64,000 nucleotides of DNA from Chiloscyllium plagiosum. Taxonomy: Eukaryota. Numbering within the stretch: position 1 is the first letter of the stretch; every line of letters starts with the position of its first letter. Below the pieces are notes generated by a model that saw only the letters and a program-made list of their open reading frames with translations, ran no database searches and was not told the origin of the DNA. The stretch is from NCBI RefSeq assembly GCF_004010195.1, contig NC_057718.1, positions 90,687,353 to 90,751,352 of the forward strand, written 5' to 3'. This document shows, piece after piece, positions 46,481-60,470 of this stretch. The position numbers were made by a program, and so were the translations under genes.

Positions 46481-47204
46481 AATGAGATACTCATCTCGTA
46501 AGCAGACCGTTGCTCATTAAGATTCGAGATATTCCAGCATTGCCATTGGAAATTCACTAGCTCCTCCAATGGCCACATAACCTTGAATCTTTTTGCCAGG
46601 CAGAGAGATTCCTCTTGAAAAATAACTTCTTACAGTGGCGATAGTAAAAGGCCCTCATGGTGGATTCTCTCGCAAAAGTAAATATTGAGACATGTTTGAC
46701 TATAAGTGCTTTGAGTGAATATTTAGGAAACCTTTAAGTAGCTCAGACAGTTGTGCTGATTAAAATAAAACATTGTTTATAGTAATGAAATATTTTAAAG
46801 AAAGGCACCGGTTTTCATTTGTTTCTAAAGAACAGACTTTATTTTTCTGAAACACACAAATTGCTGGAGAAACTCAGCAAGTCAGGCAGCATCTGTGGAG
46901 AGAAAGCAGAGTTATCAATTTGCATCTAGGTGAGTCAGAGAGGAGTCTGAGTCAGAGACTGAGAGAGAAGCAGCACTCTCAAGTATCCTGTAGTCACATA
47001 ATATAAGTATGATTAAAACATTGGTCCATTTTACTGGGAGAGTAGAACAGATGGGGGTTAGCAAGCAGATCACCCCTTATCAGGGGTCTGGGGACAAGCC
47101 TAAGATTAAGAGAATACTGGATGATGCAGGGGTGCAGACATCCCTTCCATGGTTAACCCCATCCTAAATAAAATCAGCCTTGCTACATTAGAAACGACAT
47201 ATGA

Positions 47205-47700
47205 CATAGAGTCATACAGCACGGAAACAGAATCTTTGGTTCAACCAATCCATGATGACCATAATCCTAAACTAGTCCCACCTGCCTGCGCTTGGCCCAT
47301 ATCCCTCCAAACATTTCTTATTCAGGTGCTTCTCTAAATTTCTTTTAAATGTTGTAACTGCACCCGCATCCACCACTCCCTCTGGAAGTTCATTCCACAC
47401 CCGAACCACCCTCTGTGTAAAGTAATTTACCCCTCATGTCTTTTTTAAATCTTTGTCCTCTCCCTTTAAAAATCTGCCCCATAGACTTGAAATCCCCCAT
47501 CCAAGGGAAAAGACAATTACCCTTAACTTTATCTATACCCCTCATTATTTTATAAACTTTTATCAGGTTGCCTCTCGACCTCCTACACTCCAGCGAAAAA
47601 AGTCCCAACCTTTCTTTATAACTCAAACCTTCCCTACCCAACAACATCCTGATAACTCTCTTCTGGACCCTCTCCAACTTGATAACATCCTTCCTATAAC
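47205..47700 (-). mobile_element. HER1/CR1 3' fragment
   Basis: SPSYRKDVIKLERVQKR..RGNLIKVYKIMRG. Confidence 0.88.
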
Positions 47701-48314
47701 TGGGCGACATGTTGCATTGATCTGAATGAGTTAGTCCAATTGGTTTGTTGAGTTCCGGCATTCTGTCAGGTAATTGCTGACCCTTTTAGCTACACAGTGT
47801 AGTGAGTAGCCTTTGAGTCAACATGTACTTTGAATATCTATTTGGATAGGTCATCCCCCTACTCGATGTAGGTTGGCTGAACCTGATTTTGTTTAAATGT
47901 TATAGCTCCAGCAAGCATGAATTTATGTTCCCATCAGATCCAGCCGTCAACGAAGCAGGGAATTTGAAGCTGTGCTGGCATCTGCTATTAATTATCCTCA
48001 GTCTGTCTGTTAAAAATAATTCCACCCTGGGGATTTAGGTGCTGCAGTGAGACAGTGGGGAGCAACGATGAAAGGAAAGGGCAAAGGTTAACATTAGGCA
48101 TCAGGGACAGCACAAGACTGCTTCAGAAAACTTCTTCATGGCCAGAAAGAATTCATTATTATTGCTAGCGTATTTTGTGTGTGTGTGCACATAACATACA
48201 GGGGGGCTGTTTACAGTATGTCTCTGCTCTACTTTTCCCATATGTAAGGAGGATTGGAAGATTGTGGCTCATGTTTCGGCAGTGACCGCTGTAGTGATTG
48301 CCAGCCGTGGTGGG

Positions 48315-48521
48315 GGTGTGGCGTGGAGACCTCATAGAATATGAGTTCTCTGATTGTGGCTGTTAATCTGGTCCAATCAGAGAGCCCTGGCTGACAGACA
48401 AGAACAGGAGGTGTCAGAAGTCCTGTTCGCTCTGACAGAGGTGGATTGGTGTCAAAGACTCTCCACATGTCAATGAAGTGTGACTTGGTGACAGGATACC
48501 GGTCTCGGTAGATTTGTTTCA
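48315..48521 (+). mobile_element. Probable solo-LTR fragment, same family as 10050
   Basis: ccaatcagagagccctggctgac, gtgacttggtgacaggatacc, terminal ttca. Confidence 0.45.
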
Positions 48522-48697
48522 TCTAGCTTTGCTTCTCTAAGCAGCCTGCTGTTCAGACTGGGGGAACTGTCTTATGTTGAGCACCTTGAATATTTTAGGT
48601 GTCTCTTTTTTGACATTCTCTCCTACATCCACCACCATATCATTGGCAACAGTATATTCTTTCTCTGATGAGTGGGTCTATTGTGCCTTTGACCATG

Positions 48698-48970
48698 TGG
48701 GGCGGCATGGTAGCTCAGTGGTTAGCACTGCTGCCTCATAGCGCATGTGACCCGGGTTTGATTCCAGCCTCGGGTGACTGTCTGCGTGGAGTTTGCACAT
48801 TCTCTCCGTGTCTGTGTGCAGATTGGGTGAATTGGCCATGCTAAACAGCCCATAGTGTTAGGTGCATTAGTCAGGGGTAAATGTAGGGGAATGGGTCTGG
48901 GTGGGTTGCTTTTCAGATGGTCGGTGTTGGGCTGAGGGGCCTGTTTTCATACTGTAGGGAATCTAATCTA
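48698..48970 (+). mobile_element. HE1-type SINE
   Basis: Head, B-box and aatctaatct tail. Confidence 0.9.
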
Positions 48971-49269
48971 AAAGACCATTTCCCTTTCAGTACCTACTTC
49001 AGTAGTTCCGTGTTGGTGGAGGCATGTTTTGTTGTACCCTGTTGAATTCTTGGATGTCAGTTCAACATGATGGATGGCCTTCCAGACATTTGTTCCCTGT
49101 TTATCAATTTGTACAGGTGTCCTGGCAATGCTTGAGCTATATTGATGAAAAAAATCTGCATTGACTGAATCTGATATTTGCTGCAACATAACAAATACTT
49201 CTGGTAGCACGTGGAAACGTGCTCTGCTCTGATCCAGGGTATCAGCTTTGTGGCAGACAATCCAACAAG

Positions 49270-49563
49270 GGGTTCAGTGATTAGCACTGCTGCCTCATAG
49301 CTGCAGGGGGCCCGGGTTTGATTCCGCAACTGTCCGTCTGGAGTTTTGCATTCTGCCCACATCAGTGTGGGTTTACTCCGGGTGCTCCGGGTTCCTTCCA
49401 CAGTCCTGACATGTGCAGATTCAGTGGAGTGGCCATGAAAAATGCAGGGCTACAGGGATTGGGGATGGGAAGGGGGGGGGGTTTGAGTGGGATATTGTTT
49501 GGAGGGTTGGTGCAAACTTGATGGCCCGGCTGACCTGCTTCCACACTGTCGAGATTCTATGAT
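49270..49563 (+). mobile_element. HE1-type SINE, diverged
   Basis: HE1 motifs. Confidence 0.8.
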
Positions 49564-51584
49564 TGTGTATGCAGTTGACTTTCTTCATGTTCTTGGATGA
49601 CAATAGTGTTTCGCTGTTTACAACAGAACAATTAAAAACATTAATTTGTTTTAAAAAAAAGGCAGATGTCACATTGAAAATAACTGGCATGACAACTAGA
49701 GGAGAAAGAAGGCAAAATGATTTAATGATGGTGGTCTGAATCAGATTCCATTGGAAATTTTACTGAGGAGATGGGACTGGATGATCGTATTGAATGGTGG
49801 AGCAGGCTGAAGGCCTACCCTGCGTCTATTTCGAATGTTAGTGCTCCATTATGTCTTCGAGGCCTTTGTAAAAACACTGCAGGGCTAGATTGTTGAGGAG
49901 ATGGCTTGGAAAAGGAGGTCTCTGAAAATTATATTGTTGCCGTTTTTTTCAGCACATCAATTAGCAGCTAAAAAGCATTGGAGTACAAATCCTGGTCCAG
50001 TGACATTGATTGATGCAAGGCAGAGAAGTGTTGACATTTCTATATGCATTTGCAAACAGGAAATGGAGCCACTGCTGTCTCCTGTAACTCAAGATTCAAA
50101 GATAACACAAATGTATCCACTTCAAAGAGATGGTATTTAATGGGCTTCTTAAATGTTTCACAGGGGAGGTTAACTCTGGACTGTGAGCTGCAGGGGAAGA
50201 GAACTACATTCTCAAATAAGACCTTTTAAAAGTTCTTCAGAGTGCTTGCAATCTGCGGTTACTTCGGGGCCCGAGGTTGAACATTTATCCTGGGTCTGTG
50301 CTGTAATTTGGCCCTTTCTGTCCCTCCCGCCTCCACCCTCTCCAGGATGCATTTTCTCCCAGATTTCTCCCATCTCTGCCTACCTGATTTGATTTTAACC
50401 CCTTCCCATCCAAATCCCTCGGACATTAGTTAGCCGAGTTCACAAAGTCCAAGTGGTTCATTGGGCCCACGTTACTGTGTGGGTGGGAAATTCCAAACTT
50501 AACCCCTATATCAGGTTTGGGTTACAAAGGGTTGGGGTGGGTCTACTGGTTACTTTAATGCGTGGTATAGGGAAACCCTGACACATGGTACTCAGAAAAC
50601 AGGAGCAGTGAGCATCAATGAGAATCCCTCAGAGTTCAGAAGCTTGCAACAGTGGTCATTATTGGTTGTCGTGTGAAAGGACTGCCTTTAAAATTCTCCC
50701 ATAGGCTCTGAGCTGAAGATAAAGGCTAGTTTTTCAGTTCTATACAATGGCAATGTAAGACCACATAGTAGCTCAATATCAATACTTGAATGCAAAATGA
50801 TAGCTCGATATCCTAAGTCAATAATACCTATTCCAATGAATCAAGTGGTGGGAATTTTCTCCCCAGAAGTATTTTCTCACTTTGATGCAATTAATTTTAA
50901 AATAAAAATACAGTTGACTCCACTGGTTGAATGCTTGTTTGCGAGAGAGTCCCAATCCTGACACAGATCCCGAATCCCAAATCCCTGAAAGGTTTGGCAG
51001 AAGATGGGCGGACATGTTTTCTTAAACTCTCTGAATTGTCATTGCAGTATTTTCCCAGAAGACCACTGCTGGCTTGTTTGTGGTATTTGGTCCTCTAACA
51101 GTAGATGACACTAGGGGAGGGTTGTTCAAGTTAGTTCACTGCCACCAATCCACCTTTTGGTTTGGATCGAGTGGTAGTGAACATGCCACTATAGGTCATC
51201 TACAGAAGAGACATTGTACATAGAGAATAAGATGGTTTTGTGCAATAAGCACAACCACATTTGATCAGGCATAATTACTGAGACCTTAGAAAACTAATAG
51301 TGATGCACCTGTTCCATCCAAACTCTAGACTAGAACTCCTTATCTCCACTCGCAGACTGTAGTTGATGGCAGTATGAATGATGGAGCCAGTGTAATATGA
51401 ATCATGACCTTATCCACAATCTGGAATATCCGATCTAAAAGGGAAAGGGAAGCAGGGTCGACCTATAATTTTCAAAAGGGAATTGAATCCACTTGAAAAG
51501 CCAATGTTTGTAGAGTTGGGGAGTGGATCTGTCAGAAAGCTCATTTGAAGATCTAGCACTATCACAATGTTCCACAACATGATT

Positions 51585-53230
51585 AGAATTAGGATCAGAT
51601 GTCAGCCATTCAGCCCATTGACTCTGCTTCAATATTAAATGAGATTAGGGCGGATCCGAATCCTCAACTCCCCTTTCCTGCTTTTCCCTAACCCTTGATC
51701 CCTTTACTGATTAAAAATCTGTCAATCTCAACCTTGAAAATGAGCCAATCTCAACAGCCCTGTGTGGTAAGGAATTCCACAGATTCACTACTCTTTGAAA
51801 GAAGAAATTCCTCCTCATCTCCAACATAAATATGCAGCCCCTTGTTATGAGATTGCACCCTTGGATCCGACATTCTCCCACGAGGGGAAACAACCTTTTC
51901 ATATCTACCCTGTTAAGCTCCCTAAAAATCTTGTATGTTTCAATAACCTCTCATTCTTCTGAACAACAATGAGTACAGACCCAGCCCACTCAACATCTGC
52001 TCATAAACCTGTCTCTCTATATGAGGGATTGCCCCAGTGAATGCTGCTTCCAGTGCCTGTACATCTTTCAGTCAATAAGAAGCCCAAAACTGTTCATGCT
52101 GTTCAAGCTGTGGACTGCCTTGTGTGTGTACAGTTTTAACAAGACTTCCCTATTTTATATTGCATTCCCTTTGAGATATAGTCAATATTTCATTTGCCTT
52201 CCCTATTGCCAACTGAACTTGTGTGCTAGCTTTTTTTATGATTTATGCAGACTCCTAAATCCCTCTGCAGTGTTTCTGATTAAATAAAATTCAGCTCCTC
52301 TATTCTCCCTGTCAAAGTGCATAACCTCACATTGTCTCCATTATATTCCATCTGCCAAGCTTCTTCCATGCGCTTAGTCCAAAGATGTGCAGGGTCAGAT
52401 GAATTGGCCATAATAAATTGCCCGTAGTGTTAGGTTAGGGGTATGGGTGGGTTGCGCTTCGGCGGGTCAGTGTGGACTTGTTGGGCCGAAGGGCCTGTTT
52501 CCACACTGTAATGTAATCTAATCTAATCTTAACCTGCCTATATTTGTCTGCAGACTCCATGCCATCCTTGTTACCTGCTTTCCCAGCTGTTATTGTGTCA
52601 TCCATAAACTTGGTGATTGTGAATTAATGACTTGAACAAGGAAAGTTTTTATGTATTGTGAATAGTTGTGGCCTCAGCACTGATCCCTGTAGCACTCCAC
52701 AGGTTATCAACCTGAAAGTGCCTCCTCATCCCAACTCTGTCTTCTACTGGTTAGCCAATCCTCTGTTCATGCTAATTTACCACCACCACCAGGCACTATT
52801 ATCTTATTAAGTAGCCTAATGTGTGATATCAAATACCTTTAGAAAATCTGCATACATGACATCCAATGCTTCCCCTTTATCTTGTTGTCTCCTCAAAAAA
52901 TTCAAATAAATTTGTTCGGCATGATTTCCCCTTTATGAAACTATGCTGACTCTGCTTAATCAGGTTACATATTCCTAAGTACTCTTCTCCTCATCCTTTA
53001 TAACAGACTCCAAATTTTCCCAGACTAATTGGCCTATAGTTTCCTGTTTTTATGTCTCCCCTTTTGAAATGAAGGTATTGCTTTGGTAGTTTTCCCATTC
53101 TCTGGGAGTCTAAAGATTCTTGGAGGATTACTACAAGTGCATTAAATTTTCAGCTACATCCTTTAATATCCTAGGATGCATCTCATAAGGTCCAGGGGAC
53201 TTATCAGTTTTGAGTCCCATTAGTTTCTCT
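51585..53230 (-). mobile_element. CR1 LINE (~1.6 kb, degraded) with a nested HE1 3' fragment (about 52372-52530, plus)
   Basis: LFPLVGE..FFFQRVVNLWNSLP; gtgtcatccataaactt (FMDDT) and gcactgatccctg (QGSVL) on the minus strand. Confidence 0.85.
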
Positions 53231-53669
53231 GGCATGTTTTCCCTAGTGATAGTTATTGTACTTGTGTCGTGTCCTCTTTTTGACCCTTGATTATTTAATA
53301 TCTCCTCTCTGCTACAAGATCAATTATATTAGAATGTAGTGCCTGTTGTTCCATAGGCAAGGAGAGTCCAAAGACAAGTTTAAATTTCAAGTCATGCAGT
53401 TTTCCATCACATGGTTGTTATTTCGTTGTTATTGCTCTTATGTTGTAATGGAACAATGTACAGAGTATGCACTCACCAATTCTTGTTGATTGAAGAGATT
53501 GTTTATAAACCTACCAGTTAGCCTCCACCATTCAGGAGTAACGTGGGGAGAGGGGATGTTCCCTGGAAACAAATGGCACTTCTTTTAGGAATAATGGTGA
53601 GCAGTGCTGTTGATTATGACCTTCCCATTCCTCCAGGGTCCAAAATATATCCAAGCGTCCCTCACGATC

Positions 53670-54015
53670 AAAGAGAGATTGGAGTGCAGGTTCATGGTTC
53701 CTTGAAAGTGGAGTCACAGGCAGACCGCATAATGAAGCAGCAGTTTGCCATTAATGGTCAGTGCATTGAGAATACGAGTTGGGAGGTCATGTTGCGCCTG
53801 TACATGATATTGTTCAGGCCACTTTTAGAAAACTGCATTCAATTCTGGTCTCCCTGCTATAGGAAAGATGTTGTGAAACCTGAAAGGGTTCACAAAAGAT
53901 GTACAAGGATGTTGCCAAGGTTGGATGGTCGGAGCCATAGGGAGGAGCTGAATAGGCTGCTGCTTTTTCCTTGGAGTGCCAGAGACTGAGAGGTGACCTT
54001 CTGGAGGTTTAAAAA
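53670..54015 (+). mobile_element. HER1/CR1 fragment running directly into the minisatellite
   Basis: LENCIQFWSPCYRKDVVKPERVHKRCTRMLP, then RGDLLEV. Confidence 0.88.
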
Positions 54016-54024
54016 ACCAAGATC

Positions 54025-56585
54025 ACCCTTCTCCACCACTGACCAGGACCAGCCTTCCCCGCCACTGACCAGGACCAGCGTTCCCCACCACTGTCCAGGA
54101 CCAGCCTTCTCCACCACTGACCAAGACCAGCCTTCCCCACCACTGACCAGGACCAGCCTTCACCACCACTGACCAGAACCAGCCTTCACCATCAATGACC
54201 AGAACCAGCCTTCACCACCACTGACCAAGACCAGCCATTACCACCAGTGACCAGGACCAGCCTTCCCCACCACTGACCAGGACCAGCCTTCACCACCACT
54301 GACCAGGACCAGCGTTCCCCACCACTGACCAGGACCAGCATTCCCCACCACTGACCAGGACCAGCGTTCACCACCACTGACCAGGACCAGCATTCTCCAC
54401 CACTGACCAGGACCAGCCTTCACCACCACTGACCAGGACCAGCATTCTCCACCACTGACCAAGACCAGCCTTCTCCACCACTGACCAGGACCAGCCTTCA
54501 CCACCACTGACCAGGATCAGAGTTCCCCACAACTGACCAGGACCAGCCTTCTCCACCACTGACCAGGACCAGCCTTCCCCACAACTGACCAGGACCAGCG
54601 TTCACTACCACTGACCAAGACCAGCCTTCCCCACCACTGACCAGGACCAGCCTTCACCACCACTGACCAGGACCAGCCTTCCCCACCACTGACCAGGACC
54701 AGCCTTCTCCACCACTGACCAGAACCAGACTTCACCACCAATGACCAGGACCAGCCTTCCCCACCACTGACCAGGACCAGCCTTCACCACCACTGACCAG
54801 GACCAGCATTCTCCACCACTGACCAGGACCAGCCTTCACCACCACTGACCAGGACCAGCATTCTCCACCACTGACCAAGAGCAGCCTTCTCCACCACTGA
54901 CCAGGACCAGCCTTCACCACCACTGACCAGGACCAGCATTCCCCACCACTGACCAGGACCAGCGTTCTCCACCACTGACCAGGACAAGTCTTCTCCACCA
55001 CTGACCAGGACCAGCCTTCACCACCACTGACCAGGACCAGCGTTCCCCACCACTGACCAAGACCAGCCATCACCACCACTGACCAGGACCAGCCTTCACC
55101 ACCACTGACCAAAACCAGCCTTCTCCACCACTGACCAAGACCAGCCATCACCACCACTGACCAGGACCAACCTTCTCCACCACTGACCAGGACCAGCCTT
55201 CACCACCACTGACCAGGACCAGCATTCTCCACCACTGACCAGGACCAGCCTTCACCACCACTGACCAAGACCAGCCTTCTCCACCACTGATCAAGACGAG
55301 CCATCACCACCACTGACCAGGACCAGCCTTCTCTACCACTGACCAGGACCAGCCTTCTCCACCACTGACCAGGACCAGCCTTCACCACCACTGACCAAGT
55401 CCAGCCTTCACCACCACTGACCAGGACCAGCCTTCTCCTCCACTGACCAGGACCAGCCTTCACCACCACTGACCAAGTCCAGCCTTCACCACCACTGACC
55501 AAGACCAGCATTCTCCACCACTGACCAGGACCAGTCTTCACCACCACTGACCAGGACCAGCATTCTCCACCACTGACCAGGACCAGCCTTCACCACCACT
55601 GACCAGGACCAGCCTTCTCCACCACTGACCAGGACCAGCCTTCACCACCACTGACCAGGACCAGCATTCCCCACCACTGACCAAGACCAGCCATCACCAC
55701 CACTGACCAGGACCAGCCTTCACCACCACTGACCAGAACCAGCCTTCTCCACCACTGACCAAGACCAGCCTTCACCACCACTGACCAGGACCAACCTTCT
55801 CCACCACTGACCAGGACCAGTCTTCACCACCACTGACTAGGACCAGCATTCTCCACCACTGACCAGGACCAGCCTTCACCACCACTGACCAAGACAGCCT
55901 TCTCCACCACTGACCAAGACCAGCCATCACCACCACTGACCAGGACCAGCCTTCTCTACCACTGACCAGGACCAGCATTCTCCACCACTGACCAGGACCA
56001 GCCTTCACCACCACTGACCAAGACCAGCATTCCCTACCACTGACCAAGACCAGCATTCCCCACCACTGACCAAGACCAGCCTTCCCCACCACTGACCAGG
56101 ACCAGCAGTCCCCACCACTGACCAGGACCAGCATTCTCCACCACTGCCCAAGACCAGCCTTCACCACCACTGACCAAGAACAGCCTTCTCACCACTGCCC
56201 AAGACCAGCATTCACGTCCACTGACCAACCTTCTCACCACTGCCCAAGACCAGCATTCACGTCCACTGACCAAGAACAGCCTTCTCACCACTGACCAGGA
56301 CCAGCATTCCCCACCACTGAATAAGACCAGCCTTCACCACCACTGACTAAGACCGGCGTTCCCCACCACTGACCAGGACCAGCCTCTCCACTTCTGACCA
56401 AGACCAGTGTTCTCCACCACTGACCAGAATCAGCCTTCTCCACCACTGACCAAGACAAGCATACTCCACCACTGACCAAGACCAGCGTTCCCCTCCACTG
56501 ACCAAGACCAGCGTTCCCCTCCACTGACCAAGACCAGGCTTTCCACCACTGACCAGGACTAGCCTTCCCCACCACTGACTAGGAC
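54025..56585. repeat. Minisatellite, 26-bp unit ccaccactgaccaggaccagcctt(ct/ca/cc), about 98 copies
   Basis: Period of 26 read directly (54033 to 54059); the minus-strand ORFs repeat every 26 aa (3 units). Confidence 0.97.
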
Positions 56586-57569
56586 CTCTGGTGTCATTTA
56601 GTGCACTCATCCAAACTTCTGAAAGAGTTTGTTGTTCCAAGATGAGAGTAAATTGGTTTCTGTTGGCTGAGAACCATTGATCGGGGTGGGGGTATCCACT
56701 AATAAATGGGAATAAACCTCTTCAAAAGAATGGTGAAGGGCACATTTGGAAATCGGGAGAACAGCTGGATTCAAAGGATATTCTGTTAAGTGAGTGCTTT
56801 CATCTGCCACCACTGGACAGTGGTCAGTCCAGCACATCTGCATGTCTCCTCAATGTAAGTTTAAACACAAGGCTGTTGATTCAATGAGGACTGCCAACTC
56901 CTGTTGATATGAGGGAGGTAATATTTTAGCCCAGTTTCAAGTGGTCAGCTATTGACTTGCATTTGGAGGCATCCCTGGCTGAATTGTGACATATCAGTGG
57001 GATAGCTCTGAACAACTGTAATATATTCATTAATACATGCAGGCTGTCAACAGAGTGATGTAGGGATGACCTTTACTTCAACTTGTTTCATTTGTGTGTT
57101 TCTTAGCACATTTTTAACAGAGCTGTCAACCTTGAGGCAATGTCAGCTGGGAGATGGATGATTGTAGAGAGTGACGCAGTTTGTAAACCTATCTGGATAT
57201 GTGGGGCTGCGTTTATTTTTCACAGTGATGTACATCCAAATAGGTTACATTTTTCATTCACCATCCTCCGCAGCTTGCTCCTTGTGCTGGAATAGAGCTG
57301 CACCAGTTTTGGCAGCTTGTCAGTAGCTCTCCCGAGTGTATATCTCCATTCCCTCAACTAAATAATGTGGGAAAGCCGTCTATAGCAGCAGCTGGGATGT
57401 TGTGGTGGAGTCTGAGGTTAGTCCACCATTCCTACAAAGTGACGGTGATGGGTAAACAGTAAAACTTCTATTCTGAATAATTCTGTCTTTCCCTCAGTAC
57501 AGGGCTAAAGGCAATTACTCCAAAACACACCATAGCTTTGGCTCAGCACACACATTCCAGCTCAAAGGG

Positions 57570-57868
57570 ATTCGTAGAATCCCTACAAAGAGGCCATTCA
57601 GCCCATCAAGTCTGCACCGATCCTCTGAAGAGCACACCTCCCTGTCCCTCCAGAGATCCACATCCCCACATTTCCCGTGGCTAATCCATCCAGCCTGTGC
57701 ATCCCTAGACGTTGCAGGGCAATTTAATATGGTCAGTCCACCTAACCTGCAGATCTTTGGACTGTGGGAGGAAACCCACACAGAACAAGAGGAGAACGTG
57801 CAAACTCCACACAGTTGGGTCCCTAGCACTGTAAGGCAGCAGTGCTAACCACTGAGCCACCATGCCCC
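57570..57868 (-). mobile_element. HE1-type SINE
   Basis: HE1 motifs. Confidence 0.85.
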
Positions 57869-58244
57869 CCATTTGCCTGGAGCATAAATATACCTGTGGA
57901 TTTCTGAGCCCCAGCATCAGGCTTAGGCTGGAGGTCAGAGGTCTGCTCCGTGTGGGGAAACATTTGCTCACTGGGCTGGATTACACTCCATCTCTTTCCC
58001 CCAGCTTCACTCCATATTGCCATGCATCTTCTGGGCAGAGGGACAATATAGGACCAGTGACTAGCCCAATCCCATCCAGGTCTCCAGAAAATGGTAGGCA
58101 AGCAGACAGGCCTAAAATCAGCAACCCATACATCATTTGTATTATGTAATTAAAATTAGCTTAAATTTAACTTAAAATATTTAAGTTTAATTTTGTGCTT
58201 TTGTTATTGTCCCCCTCTAAAGGATTTTTTTTTTAAAATAACCT

Positions 58245-58520
58245 ATTTTTCCAATCAACCTGTTCAGAAATATTATTACCTACCTCTGCAGCAGGTGGTT
58301 CTTGAACCTGGAACTCCCAGATACTACCACTGAACCACAAGAGGGCCCCAAGGACAGTTTCTTCTTAAAAAATGGGAAAGTTCCCTGGCTTTTATTTTTA
58401 AAATCAACCTGTTCAAAGATATTCTTACACACCTGGAGTCCAGGGGGGACCTGAACCCAAGCCTCCCAGTTCAGGGGTAGGGACACTACCTCTGTACCAC
58501 AGGAGGGCCCCCAGGACAGG
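58245..58520 (-). repeat. Tandem dimer of a ~150-bp tRNA-like unit
   Basis: aatcaacctgttca..tgaacc..actacc..accaca(a/g)gagggcccc..ggacag occurs twice; A- and B-box-like motifs on the minus strand. Confidence 0.6.
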
Positions 58521-58789
58521 CTCTTAAGTGAATTAGTTAATTCAGATCTTGAAAAGGCTATGAAGAGAGACTGCTGAGAGACCGGGTTTGTGCTAGCTAA
58601 GGAACAGACGTACGTAGGTATTGCATTTTGTGAACAAAACCATTCTCAAGTAGGTGTGTTTCCTTTCATACTTCACCCACTGACTTGGAATTGTTTTAAT
58701 AAGCAATTCCTGAGACTTTGGACCTATTGATGGAATGGCAATGCATATCCAAATCAGAATGGCTTGAGATTTGGGGGCGACATTGAGGA

Positions 58790-59528
58790 GAAGTGAGGAT
58801 TGTTCTGCTTAAAGGAAACAAGTTTAAGGTGGGATTTATAGAAGTATGCAAAATTATATGGGATTATAAAGGCCTATGTAACAATGCTGTGGGTTTAAGA
58901 AGTCTATTTTATACTTTTTCTGAAAGAAAGATTTCAAGTCAGAGATGCCAAGATGTTTATTGAAAACTCGTAAAGTAAACAGCTTATGAGGCCTTGGGTT
59001 TTTTTTATAGAGGTTGGAACAATAGAAGCAGCCTGAATGGGGGTGGTCAAGCTGTCACAGCACCAGGATTGTTAGTTTTTGTACTTTTCAATAGTAGCAG
59101 TTGCTGCTGGGTCTGTTGCTACAGTACATCTCTCCCTGATACATTCTCTCAGAGTTGCTTGATGTTTTTTCCCCCAGGGCTACTGGATTTGCATGTGAGA
59201 CAATCTGTTTTCTGAACTTGCCTTTTGCCATGGGTTTGGTTATGGAATGTCACTATATTGGAAGAGTTACTGTTTAGTAGCTAGCGAATCTATTATTCTG
59301 TTAAGTTTTCCAATAGACTTACAGCTAAGACAATTCCTTTTTCTTTCTTTTGTTGTACTTTAACTGGGGTGGATGAATAAAGTGTGTTTTGCTTCAAATC
59401 TGGTAATTTGACCAATAGAATTGCATGTGGAACACCACATCTAATGCTTACCTTTAAAATAAGAAAATGTTAGGGTCTAGACTATCTTCGTAATATATAT
59501 TTGAGGGGGTCTGGTCTTGTTCGTTAAC
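58790..59528 (+). mobile_element. Probable solo LTR
   Basis: Non-coding, aataaa near 59376 followed by a T-rich tract, LTR-like end ggggtctggtcttgttcgttaac; left boundary uncertain. Confidence 0.4.
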
Positions 59529-60084
59529 TGTTAAACAGGGAAAATCTGTTTCCACTGGTGTAAGATTGCTTAAATTTCCTCAAAAGATGTGCTTTGGGCA
59601 GAATATCTGTAGAGATGTAAAGAGAACTCTTGATTAAGGCTGTGCAGGTATTACATGATTGCATTTCATATCCTCACGATGAATAGACTTTGAATGAGAA
59701 GTCTGGTTCACAGTGAAAACTTAAGGTAGGAGAATTGATTTTCTTTGGGATTTCTTTATGATTTGCCCTTGTCACAGCGTTTGTTCTTGCTGGTGTTTTC
59801 CTGCCTTTTTTTTTGGATCTTGATTTACATTTACAGCCACCATTCTCTACAGGATTTCCCCAGGTACATTCTCAAGTCTTTCAGTCAAGCTCAAAGTGAG
59901 CTGAAATTTCACTTACCTCAACTCGTCTCTCACACTCAGTTAGAGACATCTAGATGGTTTGAATTTACTTTGCCTTTTAGATGTGGCTGAACAAGCTCAT
60001 TGCCGTCAATTCAGATGCATTCCAGGCATTCAGGCTCACTGAATTCTCAACATGGTGAATGATAGGATTTCAACAGATAGAAAC

Positions 60085-60470
60085 AAAGACTTGCATTTAC
60101 ATAGCACCTTTCACAAACCACAAAACATCCCCAAGCACAGCACAGTCCACCAATAACTAGTGATAAGCAACCCCTTCAGTAAATTTGGGAAATATGACAA
60201 TTTTACCGACAGTGCAGTCCCACAGTCAGCAATATGATAGTGACCAGATTTTTTTAACATGATGTTCGCTGCAGGATAGCATTGTCCAGGAAAGTGGGCG
60301 AACTATATTTTGTGAAGTAGCACTGTGGAACTGTCCTCGTTCACTTGGGAGGACATGTGAGTTAACACCACATCCAAAAGATGCTATCACTGACAGTAGT
60401 GCTTTGGAAAAGGTCTGATCTTGTATGGAGTCCTATCCTAGATTTGACTTGAATCCAGCTAAGTGAGACT
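60085..60470 (-). mobile_element. Old Deu-domain SINE
   Basis: acttgcatttacatagcacctttcac tail; catccaaaagatgctatcactgacagt Deu-like motif. Confidence 0.6.

Noticed and set aside
54025..56585. CRISPR-like array, or a Trp/Val/Gly-rich repeat protein (many minus-strand ORFs)
   Set aside because: Units are contiguous with no unique spacers and there are no cas genes; the 26-aa periodicity is just three 26-bp units translated.
2345..57868. tRNA genes suggested by A/B boxes, and recurrent ORFs such as VAQWLALLPHSARDPGSIP and CGVCTFSPCLRGF
   Set aside because: All are HE1 SINE heads and bodies with no complete cloverleaf; the ORFs are translation artefacts of the repeat.
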